Shown here one piece after another: positions 49,883-64,000 of a DNA stretch of 64,000 nt. This stretch comes from Squalus acanthias (Eukaryota), in contig JASTWF010000366.1 of assembly GCA_030390025.1 (NCBI GenBank), forward strand, positions 310,001 to 374,000, written 5' to 3'. The first letter of the stretch is position 1, and every line of letters starts with the position of its first letter. The notes under the pieces were generated by a model that was not told where the DNA came from, searched no databases, and was given only the letters and a program-made list of their open reading frames with translations. The position numbers were made by a program, and so were the translations under genes.

Positions 49883-52303
49883 AGTGGGATGAGAACGGAT
49901 CTGGCCCGGGTAAATTGGAATCAAAGATTGGCAGGCAAAACTGTAGTGGAACAATGGGCTGCCTTTAAAGAGGAAATAGTTCGGGTACAGTCAAGGTACA
50001 TTCCCACTAGGGGGAAAGGTAGGGCAACTAAAGTCAGAGCTCCCTGGATGACGAAAGAGATAGAGAGTAAGATGAAGCAGAAAAAGAGCGCGTATGACAG
50101 ATGTCAGGCCGAGAATAAATCTGAGAATCAGGCTAAATATAGAAACTTCAGAGGAGAAGTGAAAAAGAAAATAAAAAGGGCAAAGAGATGGTTTGAGAAT
50201 AGAATGGCAGCTAACATAAAAGGTAATCCAAAAGTCTTCTATAGGCATATAAATAGTAAACGGGTAATAAGAGGAGGGGTGGGGCTGATAAAGGGATCAA
50301 AAAGGAGACCTACTCATGGAGGTAGAGGGTATGGCTGAGGTACTAAATGAGTACTTTGCATCTGTCTTCACCAAGGAAGAAGATGCTGCCATAGGCATAG
50401 TGAAGGAGGAGGTAGAGGAGATACTGGATGGGGTAAAACTTGATAAAGATGAGGTACTAGAAAGGTTGGCCGTACTTAAAGTAGATAAGTCACCAGGACC
50501 GATGGGATGCATCCTAGGACGCTGAGGGAAGTGAAGGAAGAAATCGCGGAGTACTCGCCATAATCTTCCAATCCTCCTTAGAAACAGGGGTGGTGCCAGA
50601 GGACTGGAGAATTGCAAATGTTACACCTTTGTTCAAAAAAGGGTGTAAAGATAAACCCAGCAACTATAGACCAGTCAGTTTAACCTCGGTAGTGGGGAAG
50701 CTTTTAGAAACAATAATCAGGGACAAAATTAACAGTCACTTGGACAAGTGTGGATTAATTAAGGAAAGCCAGCACGAATTTGTTAAAGGCAAATCGTGTT
50801 TAACCAACTTGATTGAGTTTTTTTATGAGGTAACAGAGGGTTGATGAGGGCAATGCGGTTGATGTGGTGTACATGGATTTCCAAAAGGCATTCGACAAAG
50901 TGCCACATAATAGGCTTGCCAGCAAAGTTGAAGCCCATGGAATAAAAGGGACAGTGGCAGCATAAATACGAAATTGCCTAAGTGACAGGAAACCGAGAGT
51001 AGTGAACGGTTGTTTTTCGGACTGGAGGAAGGTATAAAGTGGTGTTCCCCAGGGGTCGGTTCTAGGACCACTGCTTTTCTTGATATACATTAATGACTTG
51101 GATATAGGTGTACAGGGCACAATTTCAAAATTTGCAGATTACACAAAAATTGGAAGTATAGTGAACAGTGAGGAGGATAGTGATAGACTTCAAGAGGACA
51201 TAGACAGGCTGGTGGAATGGGCGGACACGCAGCAGATGAAATTTAGCGCAGAAGAATGCGAAATGATACATTTTGGTAGAAAGAATGAGGAGAGGAAATA
51301 TAAACTAAAGGGTACAATCCTAAAGGAGGTGCATGAACCGAGAGACCTAGGGGTATATGTGCACATATCGTTGAAGGTGGCAGAGCAGGTTGAGAAAGCA
51401 GTTGAAAAAACTTACGGGATCCTGGGCTTCATGAATAGAGGTATAGAGTACAAAAGCATAGAAATTATGATGAACCTGTATAAAACACTGGTTTGGCCTC
51501 AACTGGAGTATTGTGTCCAATTCTGGGCACCCCACTTTAGGAAGGATGTGAAGGCCTTCGAGAAGGTGCAGAAAAGATTTACGAGAATGATTCCAGGGAT
51601 GAGGGACTTCAATTACGTGGATAGACTGGAGAAGCTAGGGTTGTTCTCCTTAGAGCAGAGAAGATTGAGAGGAGATTTGATAGAGGTTTACATTACATAG
51701 GATAACATAGGATATACGGCACAGAAACAGGCCATTCAGCCCAACCAGTCCATGCCGGCATTTATGCTCCATTCGAGCCTCCTCCCGTCTTTCCTCATCT
51801 AAATCTATCAGCATAACCCTCTATTCCCTTCTCTCTCATATGCTTGGCAAGCCTCCCCTTAAATGCTTCTATACTTTTCGCTTCAACCTCTCGCTGTAAC
51901 ACTCCGACACACCGAAAACCCCTCTCTGTAATACTCTGATACACCCCAACAGCACTGTGTGTAAAATCATGAGGGGTCTGGACAGAGTAGATAGAGAGAA
52001 ATTGTTCCCATTGGCAGAGGGGTCGAGAACCAGAGGACACAGAGTTAAGGTGATTGGCAAAAGAACCAAAGGCGACGTAAGAAAAAACTTTTTTACGCAG
52101 TGAGTGGTTAGGATCTGGAATGCACCGTCTGAAAGGGTGGTGGAGGCAGACTCAATCAAAAGGGAATTGGATAAGTACCTGAAAGAAAATAAATTGCAGG
52201 GCTACGGGGAAAGGGCGGTGGAGGTGCTCTTGCAGAGATTCGGCACGGGCTCGACGGGCCGAATGGCCTTCTTCCGTGCTGTAACCATTCTATGATTCTA
52301 TGA
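49883..52303 (+). mobile_element. 5'-truncated CR1 LINE with frameshifted ORF2, interrupted near 51690..51957 by an antisense LINE-tail insertion
   Basis: ORF pieces 49889, 50316, 50590 and 51080 carry CR1 RT motifs (VPEDWRIANVTPLFKKG, NYRPVSL, GVPQGS, FAD); tail ...gtaaccattctatgattctatg. Confidence 0.9.
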
Positions 52304-52616
52304 AAGGAGATCATTGGTGCAACTTGACATTCTGCTAGTCCATGATGCAGGGTGATGATACTTTAATGTACTCCACCATCTAATAGGAGAAGGAAAACTT
52401 TCATTTATATAGCACCTTTGACAAACACAGGACGTCCCAAACCGGTTCACTGCCAACGAGGCACTTTTGAAGTGTATTCACTATTGTAATATAGGGAAAC
52501 ATGGCAGCCAGGTCCCACAGTGAGATAAATGAGCAGATAATCTGTTTTAGTGACATTGGTTGAAGGATAAATGTTGGCCAAGACACCGAGAAAACTCCTC
52601 TGCTGTTCTGTAGATA

Positions 52617-52790
52617 TGATGCGGAGATGCCGGTGTTGGACTGGGGTGGACAAAAGTGAGAAGTCGCACAACACCAGGTTATAGTCCAACAGTTTTATTT
52701 GAAATCACCTGACGAAGGGGCAGCAGCTCCAAAAGATTGTGATTTCAAATAAAACTGTTGGACTATAACCTGGTGTTGTGCGACTTCTCA
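52617..52790. mobile_element. Penelope-like remnant with an inverted terminal repeat (perfect 52-bp arms), inserted in a DeuSINE
   Basis: Arms 52657..52708 and 52739..52790; 12-bp TSD gttctgtagata (52605..52616 and 52791..52802). Confidence 0.78.
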
Positions 52791-53015
52791 GTTCTGTAGA
52801 TAGTGCTATGGGATCTTTTACGTCCATCTCAGTCCAGCGCTCTCTGAGCACTGCACTGAAGTGTCTGCCTAGATAATGTGCTTGTCTCGAGTTGGGCTTG
52901 AACTCACGACCTTCTGACTCAGAGGCGAGAGGCTACCACTGAGCCAAGGCTAACACTTAAATAATAAATCTTCATTGAACTGTTTTCAAGCAACTGATTT
53001 TATTATCCTTTTCAG

Positions 53016-53086
53016 GTCATCTTTGGAAAGTCAAGTTGTGCAGAGTTTACAAAAGAATCATATACTGCAGTAATATACCACAACAG
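53016..53086 (+). CDS. DOCK7: DOCK7 coding exon (~exon 16), [23 protein letters not shown](R)
   Basis: ttttcag| acceptor, CAG|gtaaga donor, 71 nt. Confidence 0.95.
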
Positions 53087-56000
53087 GTAAGAAAATATCA
53101 AGAAATGTTTTTGCCTTAGTTGCACTGAAGATTACAGTGCACCAGGGCACAGTGCCGGCATTATAGCAATGTATATGGAAAAATATTTCAGTTTAGAATT
53201 ACATAGATGGATGATGGAAATTGAAGATAAAAATTAGGCATTCATTTACAGTAATTAAAAATGTAGCAAAAGGAATGGGTTCATAACTAAAATTAGCTTT
53301 TTCCCTTGGCCACAGATTTTCTCTTCACCTTCTCCTATCCACACTCTCTCACACCAAATTCAGTGTCACTTGTAAGTTAAATGAGTGTCACATTTCAGGA
53401 GTTCTGGCTATGCTGCCACAGGAGGATCTTGGTGTCATTTATGTTAAAAATGCTACTATTAAGCTAAATGTAGCTCTCAAGGGGTTAGATTCACAGAACT
53501 GCAGAGCTGAGAATTGTAGATTAGGATTCAGATGAAGAATCCGAACCAGAGTACTTCAGACAATGAAAATTAGTTTAGAGATTCCAGTGAACATTTTTTT
53601 AAATTATTCATTGTCAGGGTGTGGGTGTCACTGGCAAGGCTGGCATTCATTGTTAAACTGTTCGGGTAGATGTAAAAGATCACATGGCACTATTTGAAGA
53701 GGAATACGGGATTTTTCCTCTCAGTTGACACCATTGCGGTTTGTAGGTCCTAGTTGGCTGGTGTGTTTGGCTACAAAACAATAGTGACTGCACTTCAAAA
53801 TAATTCATTGGCTGTGAAGTACTTTGAGATATCTTGAGGATGCCAAAGGCATTTTAAGAATGCAAGTTTGTTCTTTCTTAGGTGGTGATGTTTCTCTTCA
53901 TGTTTGCCCAACATGAGGTATCTGCTGAGAATATACTCTTGGGAGAGGGGGTAGTCAGTTTGGTTGACAGGCCTAAATCGAGAAGGAGTTGAAGGCTCCA
54001 CCCTTCCACTTCCTGTGAATAATCAGAGCACATAGAAGATAAGTGACACATAGACAGTCAGTGAGGCTTTAACCAGGAGACTGTGAGGTGCAGGCCTGAG
54101 CCTTGAGCTGAAAGCTAAAATGCAAGAGATCAATTTTTGCAGTTAAAGGTTTTCTAGAAGGAAAGGTAATATCAAAAACAAATAAGTCAGCCCGCAAAAT
54201 GGACAGGACGCATGGTTTATTATTTTTTCTCATTTTTCACAGAGAGAATTGAGGTGGAGTGAAGAAAGTGGTATTTCCTTTGACTGTTACTCTGTATGTT
54301 CACATAAAGCAGTTTAATGATTCACATCGGGCCTCGTCTCACTAAAATATTACTGAAAGACTAGAGAAGTGCAAATGAGGGCTCATGTGAAAGATACAAG
54401 ATCTGGTTCAGATTACATATTATTACACCCCTGGGTACAGTATTCTATAATTAGACATTGGGCAGTACAGGCACACTCCTGGATATAAGACACTCAGACA
54501 GCTCACAGGAGTCCCAATGTATCTGAGAGAGTATCTAAGATACACCCAATATTTGTAACAGCCTTCTTAGGACAGTCTTAATCCAGTTGCTAATGGATGT
54601 AGATGAGCAGAGAACTGCCCACAATTCAACACAAATTCAAACTCTTATTCAAGAGGCCACAAGGATGGCTGGTGTGGGAAATGAAAATGTCCACTGCTGC
54701 ACTGGGAATACCTTTTTGACCTTGAGGTTGATACATTTTGGGGCAATGTAGAGGGAGCTTTATTATGCTTCAAAACTGTGCTATACCGAACCAGCACTAT
54801 ACCAGAGTACAGTAGGAATATAGCGTTGATTTAAAATGCCCGCTTCTCATAAACACGTAGCAGCACTGTCAGCGAAGTAATTTCTCGACACTTAAATTTA
54901 CAAATGCTTTTTGCTGCAAGGATTGTGGGACAAGATTTAAAATATGATTATTTTTTGTTGAATTTCTATGCTCTTCAAGGTGAGGAGTGTCAGTGCTAGG
55001 AATGGAACACTTCCCAATTTTGTCACCCAGGGTCTGCGCCAAGCACGAGTTAGATGTCTACTTTCCATGGGGGGAAAATTTGAGACCTTTCTGTTTGCTC
55101 AGCAATCACTGGGTTCAATGCTGTGAGCTCTCTGACCTGTTAAAGTTGTCTAGGGCTATTGTTATGCCATTTAAGATATTTAAGACTCCTCGCAAAACAT
55201 GATGGAACACCTGTAGGGAAATGATTACAACTTTACATAGTGTCTGCCAAAATCTAAAAGTGTTACATTAAAACAAACTCATTTGATTCTTCAAAAAAAA
55301 GCTAGCTCTTGTATCTAAATAACACCACGGTACTATGATTTGATGTTCCTGTTGGGGATCTCAGTGCAGGAGGCAGTAGAAGTATTCTAACTGGTCTTGA
55401 CACCCCTGGTCAATGGTGGGTCGAAAAAAATCAGCCAAGGTTGCTGCTCCTGATCACTATCCAGTTGCTCGAAAGTGTAATTGTCTGGATGTTGGACAAG
55501 GACAAGATCGGGCTTAGTTGTGACATCCTCCAAGGTTGAATTGCCTGGTGAAACTTATTATCTGGGCTCACAGATGAAGATCATTGGGTGAGGTACTGTA
55601 AGTCATAGGTTATACCATACCCTAGCACCGGTCAGCATCTTGAAGATAGGAGAAGCAGGGGTAAAATATAATCATGAAACCTTGTCACAAAAAGAAACTC
55701 TTTTGTCTTTCGACTGAAATAATTCTTAAACTGTTTGATAGCAAAATATATATTTTAAGTACTAGTTATTATTTAACCATGACTGAAATTGCTGACTCTT
55801 GAAGTGACTCGCTGTAGATTTCATCACCTGTGATACAGTGCACCAGTAAGAGTTCAGTGTAACTGTGATCAATGACATGCCATACTTTGAGTTCACAATA
55901 TGTTGCAATCACTTGCCTTTTCTTTCTAATTAAGGTAGATGGCTGTTTCATTCAACTTGGATTTCAAGGTTTTTGATGACTGTGTAATATCTACACAGAA

Positions 56001-57301
56001 TGCTTATACACTGACTGCTAGTTTCTTTTTTAAAAGAAGAGAGGATCGATTTCTGAATTGTATGCTTTAACGTGGAGCCTAATCTGCTGGGAGTACATAT
56101 TGAGAAACTATGGGCATGATCCCACAATTCTCCATCCATTAATGGATAGAAAATCATGGAGAGCATGCTCGCAATTTCGTAATATGTGACCCTTGCAAAC
56201 AAGGTTCCACGCCAGCTGTATTTGGAAAATCAGCCTTTAGATGTAATAGCTATACTTCATTAAGATATTACAGAATTGGATTGCTTTGTGAAAACTCCAT
56301 ACCTTTTGCTCAAGAACAGTAAAGAAAAGGCTACATAAACCATTAAATACTTCTGGTAGCTACCACATTATTTTTCCAGTTCTCCCTCCCTTTCTCTCCT
56401 GAAGGCTTTAACTTGCAGTAGTGTCCCATGGCTCCAAGAGCCTTCCGATAGCTTCCCCAAATGGGTATTGTTGATGTGCAGCCTTCACTGTGAGTTGTGG
56501 GAGATGTCACAGCCAAAAAAAAGGACTTGCATTTATATAGCACCTTTCACGACTACCGGATGTCCCAAAGTGCTTTACAGCCAGGGACGTACTTTTTGAC
56601 GTATAGTCACTGTTGAAATGTAGGAAACGCAGCAGCCAATTTGCACACAGCAAGCTCCCACAAACAGCAATGTGATAATGACCAGATAATCTGTTTTAGT
56701 GATGTTGATTGAGGGATAAATATTGGGTAGGACACCAGGGATAATTCCCCTGCTCTTCTTCGAAATAGTGCCAAAGGATCTTTTACGTCCACCTGAGGGA
56801 GTAGACGAGGCCTTGGTTTAACGTCTCATCCGAAAGACGGCACCTCCGACAGCGCAGCACTTCCTCAGTACTGCACTGGAGTGTCAGCCTAGATTTTTGT
56901 GTTCAAGTCCCACTCCAGGGACCCACAACCTTCTGACTCAGGCGAGGGTGCTCCCAACTGAGCCATGGCTGACACTAAAGTCCAATCTTGTCTTCACTCT
57001 ACATATATACATATGCACTTTCCAGCATGGGTTACTGGATAGCAATTGGGGGTGGCTGACTTTTCCCCTCCTTAGCCCAGGGGTGCTTAATTCAATTATA
57101 GGGACCAGCTGGGAGCAACTAACTCAGCATAAACTGGGAAGAAAATTTGGAGCCTTCTGGTATTTACGCCTCAGTACCACATGAGGCAATGGGGATTAAC
57201 TAAGCCAATGAGGGAACCATCCTGAGTGTTCTGAGGCTCTTTAGACATTGTTGCTGTTGGATAATACAGCTCTAATATATTGCACATGGGACTGGGTGTA
57301 A

Positions 57302-57523
<222 letters not shown>

Positions 57524-58356
57524 TAGTATAGCAATGGTGATCATGTTATATTCAAAAATAGAATTTTAAAACATGAAAACTTTTCCTGTGCAAATACTGT
57601 TTTTATTTCTTCTCCCCACATCCACTTCTCTCTTCTCCTGAAGGCACTGACTCACACACTCTTCAGTACCTTATCTAAGTGTGCATGAGCTTAATGAGTG
57701 AGTGTGAGTAGACTATTTGATTGCCAAGAAGTGGTGTGTGGCTGTTACCTACTCGTACCCAGTGCCCATACATACGTGCACTTTCCAGCATGTGTCACTG
57801 GATAGCAATCAGGAGTGTGAACACTTTCCTTTTCCAGATTGGGGGTGCTGAGACCCCATATAATGCACCTGCTGCTACCTTGGTTGAGTTCGGGGTGGGG
57901 AAGGGAAAGAAAACTGGGATCTTTTTGATCTGTAGGCTGTGTGGTGCAGAGCTTTTAGCCACTAAACCATTGGGGAGGTGTTTAAATATATTTCAACTAT
58001 TTTTGTTTCTGTTGGACTGAACATGTTCATTCTGTTTACCATCCTGTAAAGTAACAAAATAGCACAAAAATAGTTACGATGTTTGTTGCTATTAAGAAGC
58101 TCTGCTGGGTGTGGCATGGCTCGCCATGCTGAAGCAATGGAAGGATGTGATGTGGGGTTTTGCACCCATTATTTCCCTATGCCACTGAATTTCTTAATCT
58201 CAGCCGTTTCACTGTGGGGAGCCTCAGTGACACTCCTGCATTTGCCTTTGTAATAATCCCAGAGCAGCGTCTTTAGATTTGGGAAGGCACTGGAGCAGGT
58301 CAACCCCTCCCTCCTTTACCCAAGCAGTCCCAGGGCAATCCAGTTCATGCAAATAA

Positions 58357-58581
<225 letters not shown>

Positions 58582-60303
58582 TGAAAATAATTCTGAGTTT
58601 GGATTATCTTCTCTCTGCCTTACATTTACACACATTTATTGCTTGATGAGCAAGGGGTGTAGTGACGGGGTGATGCCGTACTTCAGCAGATTGTCCTTTC
58701 ACCTCTAGCAATTGGGTTTGAACTTCACTCCTTCTGCTGATTGTAATGATGATGTGTGGAAGTAGGAATACATCTCTTTAAAAGATGTTAATTGTGTCAG
58801 TACAGGAATGATACAGAAAAGTTTATAAGGGTGACGCATTAAAAAAAATTAAACCCACTTTGATGACCATTTCTGCTCTATGAATGGACAATTGGAGGCA
58901 TGACGTTATTGATCTATTTTAAAAAAAAACTGATCAGTTGATGATGACTCTGCTTCAACCATGACTAGAGTTCTTTTGAAAAGAGGTTTCTGGATGTGTG
59001 AAATTCAGATAGTTGGCCAATTACAATTGCAGCTCTGTCCACAAAATATTCTAATAGTCTGTCTTTTTCAGGTTAGATGTCAAAATAAAGAAAGTTATGC
59101 TCTTTAGGTCATATGATAACACCAGTAACCAATCCACTGCTCCTTAGACAACCATGTTGAGAGCAAATAAAGCAGATAACAAAGACAAGTGCTTAGTGTA
59201 TGAGGGGCTAAGGCACAGACTGGAGTTTTATATTCAGCATGGAGCGTGTACCAAAGCTGGATGTTGTGGTTCAGTGCGCTCGTCAACACTGGCCCATGCA
59301 GTACGTGGCCTGATGCATGCAATAAGGGTCAGCACGTCTTCAACATCTGGTGAAGGTTTTAAATGTGCAAAACGTAATACTCCATTCTAGATCGGTGATG
59401 CATAGTTCCATAGTGCCATCAGAAGTTTATGGAAGTTTCAGGAGAATCTAGAACTAGGGGTCACTGTTTAAAAATAAGGGGTCGCCCATTTAAGACAGAT
59501 GAGGAGAAATTTTTTCTCACAGAGGGACGTGAGTCGTTGGAACTCTCTTCCTCAGAGGGCGGTGGAAGCAGAGTCTTTGAATATTTTTAAGGCAGAGGTA
59601 GATAGATTCTTGGTAAGCAAGGGGGTGAAAAGTTATCGGGGGTAGGCGGGAATGTGGAGTAATCAGATCAGCCATGATCTTATTGAATGGCGGAGCAGGC
59701 TCGAGTGGCCTACTCCTGCTCCTAATTCGTATGTTTCTCCAGTTCAACTTCAAGGGCTCCAAATTATCAATTCAGCCACTCCTGAGCACCCAGGCTTTTC
59801 ACAAAGTGCTTGTGTGTGGTTGCAGTACATCTCAGGATGCAATATTTCCATGTATATCAGTACCTAGACGAGTTGCACATCAGAGCCCATGCCTCAAGTC
59901 TGCCAGCAAAGCTGTGTGACAGATGTTCAGTATGGTCCAAGTGCTTGAATTCTTAGTTATTTATGAGAATTATAGTTGCAACACAGAGAGAGGCCAATAT
60001 AATTAGGGGCATTGTTTTGGACAGCCCAACAGATTTTTTATTTTTGCTTTTAGACTACATAACTCCTTTAGAGGAAGATATGTGGTGCCACCAACATTTT
60101 AGGTTTGATAGCTGTAGCCATTTTTGTAGTTCCCAATGCTGACTTTATATGCAGCCACTTTAGCTGAGCCTGCTCAGCCAGCAGTAAACTGTAGACTAAC
60201 AAACTTAATATTAAACTGCAAGCTACGTACTCTTTCCCACTCCCTGTACCCCTTCTCTGGTAAGTTCTCTCTTTTCCATAGCAGGCTTCCCATTTCCCAT
60301 AGC

Positions 60304-60615
60304 GAGCAACACGGTGGCATAGTGGTTAGCACTGTTGCCTCACAGCACCAGGGACTCGGGTTCGAATCCGGCCTCGGGTGACTGTCTGTGTGGAGTTTGC
60401 ACATTCTCCCCGTGTCTGCGTGGGTTTCCTCCGGGTGCTCCGGTTTCCTCCCACAGTCCAAAGATGTGCGGGTTAGGTTGATTTGGCTATGATAAATTGA
60501 CCCTTAGTGTTAGGGGGGATTAAATACGTGGGGTTACGGGGATAGGGTGGGATATGTGTCGGTGCAGGCTCGATGGGCCGAAATGGCCTCTATCTGCACT
60601 GTGGGGATTCTGTGA
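60304..60615 (+). mobile_element. HE1-like V-SINE
   Basis: Nearly identical to 24065..24290 over the head and core. Confidence 0.85.
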
Positions 60616-60641
60616 TTTATAATTGTTAACTTTCTAATTGA

Positions 60642-60899
<258 letters not shown>

Positions 60900-61352
60900 T
60901 GAGGGTTGAGTTTTGCTTGACTGCTTCAAGTTTGGTCTCATACTGTTTCTTCCTAAACCGAGCAGTGACATTAAATGCGATACATTCAAAGTATATTAAT
61001 TGAATTTTGATGGTTTTATTATCCATTCTTAGGCTTAGAGGGTGGGGAGGTACAGTGAAGGAGGGAGGCGGAGGAGAGGCAATTTTAATATATTTTAGAG
61101 AAATTTTTGACACAGGTTCCTGAATTGCCCATGGGTCTCTGGGTTTTTGCCTCTCCCAGGACATGGAGGTACAGGAACGAGTCCAGAAAGAAATGGGATG
61201 AGCGCATGTGGGCCTGATGGGCTTTTCTGTTCCTGAGATATAACAAAATTATTAAAATATATGGGATTGAGAATAGACTAAACAGGCCAAAAACAATTAA
61301 AGATAATGGGGAAGGGCCTGTGTGGGCTCACATGCGCAATAAATTAAAAATA

Positions 61353-61618
61353 CAGTAATCCCTCCCCAACCGCGGGGGATACGTCCCTGAAAACCCCCGT
61401 GGTTAGTAAAACCGCGGTTGGCAAATACAGTATAAATGTTCAAATAACACAATAAAAAAGAATATAAAAGCAATAAAATCATGTTATTTACCTTATTCCT
61501 AAATTAACCGCGTATACGCAAAAGTCACTGCCGCGGTTGGCAAAAGTTGTCGCAGAGAGGAAACCGTGTATACTTGAAATCCGCGTATGGCAAACCCGCG
61601 GTTGGGGCGGGATTCCTG
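61353..61618. mobile_element. Tc1/mariner (pogo/Tigger-like) MITE
   Basis: TIRs cagtaatccctccccaaccgcgg / ccgcggttggggcgggattcctg, flanked by TA on both sides. Confidence 0.85.
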
Positions 61619-61857
61619 TATGTGCAGAGGGGTCTAAGAATGGGCAAGGTAGTAAGAGAATTTAAAAATATATATATTATAAATAGGGGCACAGAGTACA
61701 AGAGTAAAGAAGTAATGATGAATTTATACAACGCGCTGGTTAGGCCACAGAGTGCTGTGTGCAGTTTTGGCTGCCCCATTATAAAAAAGACCAGAAAGCC
61801 ATCGAGAACATACAGCATTCATTCACCAGGATGACGCCAGGGATGGGAAACGATAGT

Positions 61858-63281
61858 TTTTTTTAATTATTCAATTTTGGGCTATGTGTGTCGCTGGCAG
61901 GTTTGGCATTTATTGCCCATCCCTAGTTGCCCTTGAGAAGGTGGTGGTGGGCCTTCTTCTTGAACTGGTGCAGTCCATGTGGTGAAAGTTCTCCAACAAT
62001 AATGTTAGGTAGCGAGTTCCAGGATTTTGACCCAGCTACAATGAAGGCACGGCGATATATGTCCAAGTCAAGATGGTTTGTGACGTGGAGGGGAACTTGG
62101 AGGTGATGGTGTTTCCATGCACCTGTTGTCCTTGACCTTTTAGGTAGTGGCAGTCGTGGGTATGGGAGGCACTGCTGAAGAAGCCTTGGCAATCTGCTGC
62201 AGTGCATCCTGTAGACGGTACGCACTGCAGTCACGGTACGCCGGTGATGGAGAGAGTGAATGTTTAAGCTGGTTGATGGGATGCCAGTCAAGCGGACTGC
62301 TTTATCCTGGATGGTGTCAAGCTTGTTGAGTGTTGTTGCAGCTGCACTCATTCAGGCAAGTGGAGAGTATTTCATTACACTCCTGACTTGTGCCTTGTAG
62401 GTGGTGGAGAGGGTTTGGGGAGCCAGGAGGTGAGCCATTTGCCACAAAATACCCAACCTCTGGCCTGCTCTAGTAGCTGGTCCAGTTGAGCTTCAGGTCA
62501 ATTGTGACACCCCAGGACGTTGATGGTGGGGGGATTCGGTAATGCCGTTGAATGTCAAGGGGTGGTGGTTAGGCTCTCTCTTGTTGGAGATGGTCATTGC
62601 CTGGCACTTGTGTGGCACGAATGTTACTACCATTTATCAGCCCAAGCCTGGATGTTGTCCAGGTCTTGCTGCATGCGGGCATGGACTGCTTCATTATCTG
62701 AGGAGTTGCAAATGGAACTGAAAACTGTGCAATCATCAGCAAACAATCCCACTTCTGACATTATGATGGAGGGAAGGTAATTGATGAAGCAGATGAAGAT
62801 GTTTGGGCCTAGCACACGGCCTTGAGGAACTCCTGTAATGATGTCTGGGGCTGAGATGATTGGCCTCCAACAACCACAACCATCTTCCTTTGTGCTACGT
62901 ATGCCGCCGCCCATTGGACAATTCCCCCCCCCCCCCCGATACCCATTGACTTCAGTTTTACTCGGACTCCTTGGTGCTATATTCGGCCAAATGCTGCCTT
63001 GATGTCAAGGGCAGTCACACTCACCTCACCTCTAGAATTCAGCTCTTGTGTCCATGTTTGAACCAAGGCTGCAATGAAGTCTGGAGCCGTGTGGTCCTGA
63101 CTGAACCCAAACTGAGCACCGGTGAGCAGGTTATCGGTGAGTAAATGCCGCTTGATAGCACCGATGATAACTCTATCCATCACTTTGATGATGATCAAGA
63201 ATAGGCTGATGGGGCATTTATTTGTCGGGTTCCATTTGTCCTGCTTTTTGTGGGCAGGACATATCTGGGTAATTTTCCACA
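61858..63281 (-). mobile_element. Degenerate copy of the same second LINE family (tail-only copies at 10769..11092 + and 40424..40870 +)
   Basis: Translated pieces match ORF 32404..33552 (VQTWTQELNSRGEV, FADDCTVF, HHHLLKGN). Confidence 0.85.
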
Positions 63282-63761
63282 TTGAGCAGAGACTGGAGAT
63301 ACTAGGATTATTTTCACTGACACAGAGAAAGCTAAGGAGAAATCTAATAAAGGGTTTTTTTTTAATTATGAAGAGATTTAATGGGGTGAAAGGGGAAAAA
63401 CTATTTCGTCTGGTCGGGGAGTTGGTGACGAGCAGTCATCAACTAAATATTATTAAGAATGTGAGGAGAGAGGTCAGGAGAAATTTCCCAACGCGGTGGG
63501 TTATTGGAGCAGTGAATGCAAGAGAAATGCATTCCAGTTCCAGCACCAATATCACTCACTGGGATGAGCACACAAATTGACCAAAAATAATAATATTTAA
63601 GACCTTTTAAAATAGAACAGTGCAAGAATTGAGATGGTGATAAATAATATATGACACAAGTTTATAACTCGGCCCTCATACCTTTGTACTTTTGAACTCT
63701 GAAAGCAGAGATATGTTAGACATGATTTTTTTTTAAGATGTGTATTAAATATTTGACACAG

Positions 63762-63993
63762 GATCCATACCTCGACAAGTTTTTTGCTCTGGTCCATGCA
63801 CTGGAGGAGCATGCATTTCCTGTGCGAATTGGAGATCTACGAATTCTGGAGAATGACCTGGAGAATGAGCTGAAGAACAGTATATCGGCCCTGAGCTCGG
63901 CTCAACTAGAGCCTGTGGTTCGATTCCTCCACCAGCTTCTGGATAAACTTGTCTTGTTGGTTGTGAGGCCTCCTGTAATCGCTGGGCAGATTG
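63762..63993 (+). CDS. DOCK7: DOCK7 coding exon (~exon 20), [17 protein letters not shown]...RPPVIAGQI
   Basis: gacacag| acceptor, TTG|gtacgt donor, 232 nt. Confidence 0.94.
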
Positions 63994-64000
63994 GTACGTC

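Overview
Vertebrate genomic DNA, very probably a shark or other elasmobranch, judged from HE1-like V-SINEs, SacSINE1-like DeuSINEs and shark-type CR1 LINEs. The + strand carries 18 consecutive internal coding exons of DOCK7 (4035..63993, about exons 3-20 by human numbering). They splice into an uninterrupted 762-codon frame that includes the DHR-1/C2 domain, and one intron is GC-AG. A complete 7-exon ANGPTL3 gene (CDS 44774..29557, 462 aa) lies antisense in the 22.9-kb intron 26074..48977, the same arrangement as in mammals. The introns are dense with transposons: a CR1 LINE whose ORF2 is broken by a single stop, other LINE fragments, several SINE families, PIF/Harbinger-type and Tc1/mariner-type MITEs, a solo LTR inside a four-layer nest, Penelope-like remnants carrying hammerhead ribozyme motifs, a 33-bp minisatellite and a (CTTT)n tract. 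I found no wholly new biological system. The best leads are the intact minimal hammerhead motif, the ANGPTL3 differences from mammals (no RxxR linker site, retained DRDND loop, extra Cys) and the inverted LINE pair flanking DOCK7 exons 3-15. Protein and repeat family names come from recall, not database searches.
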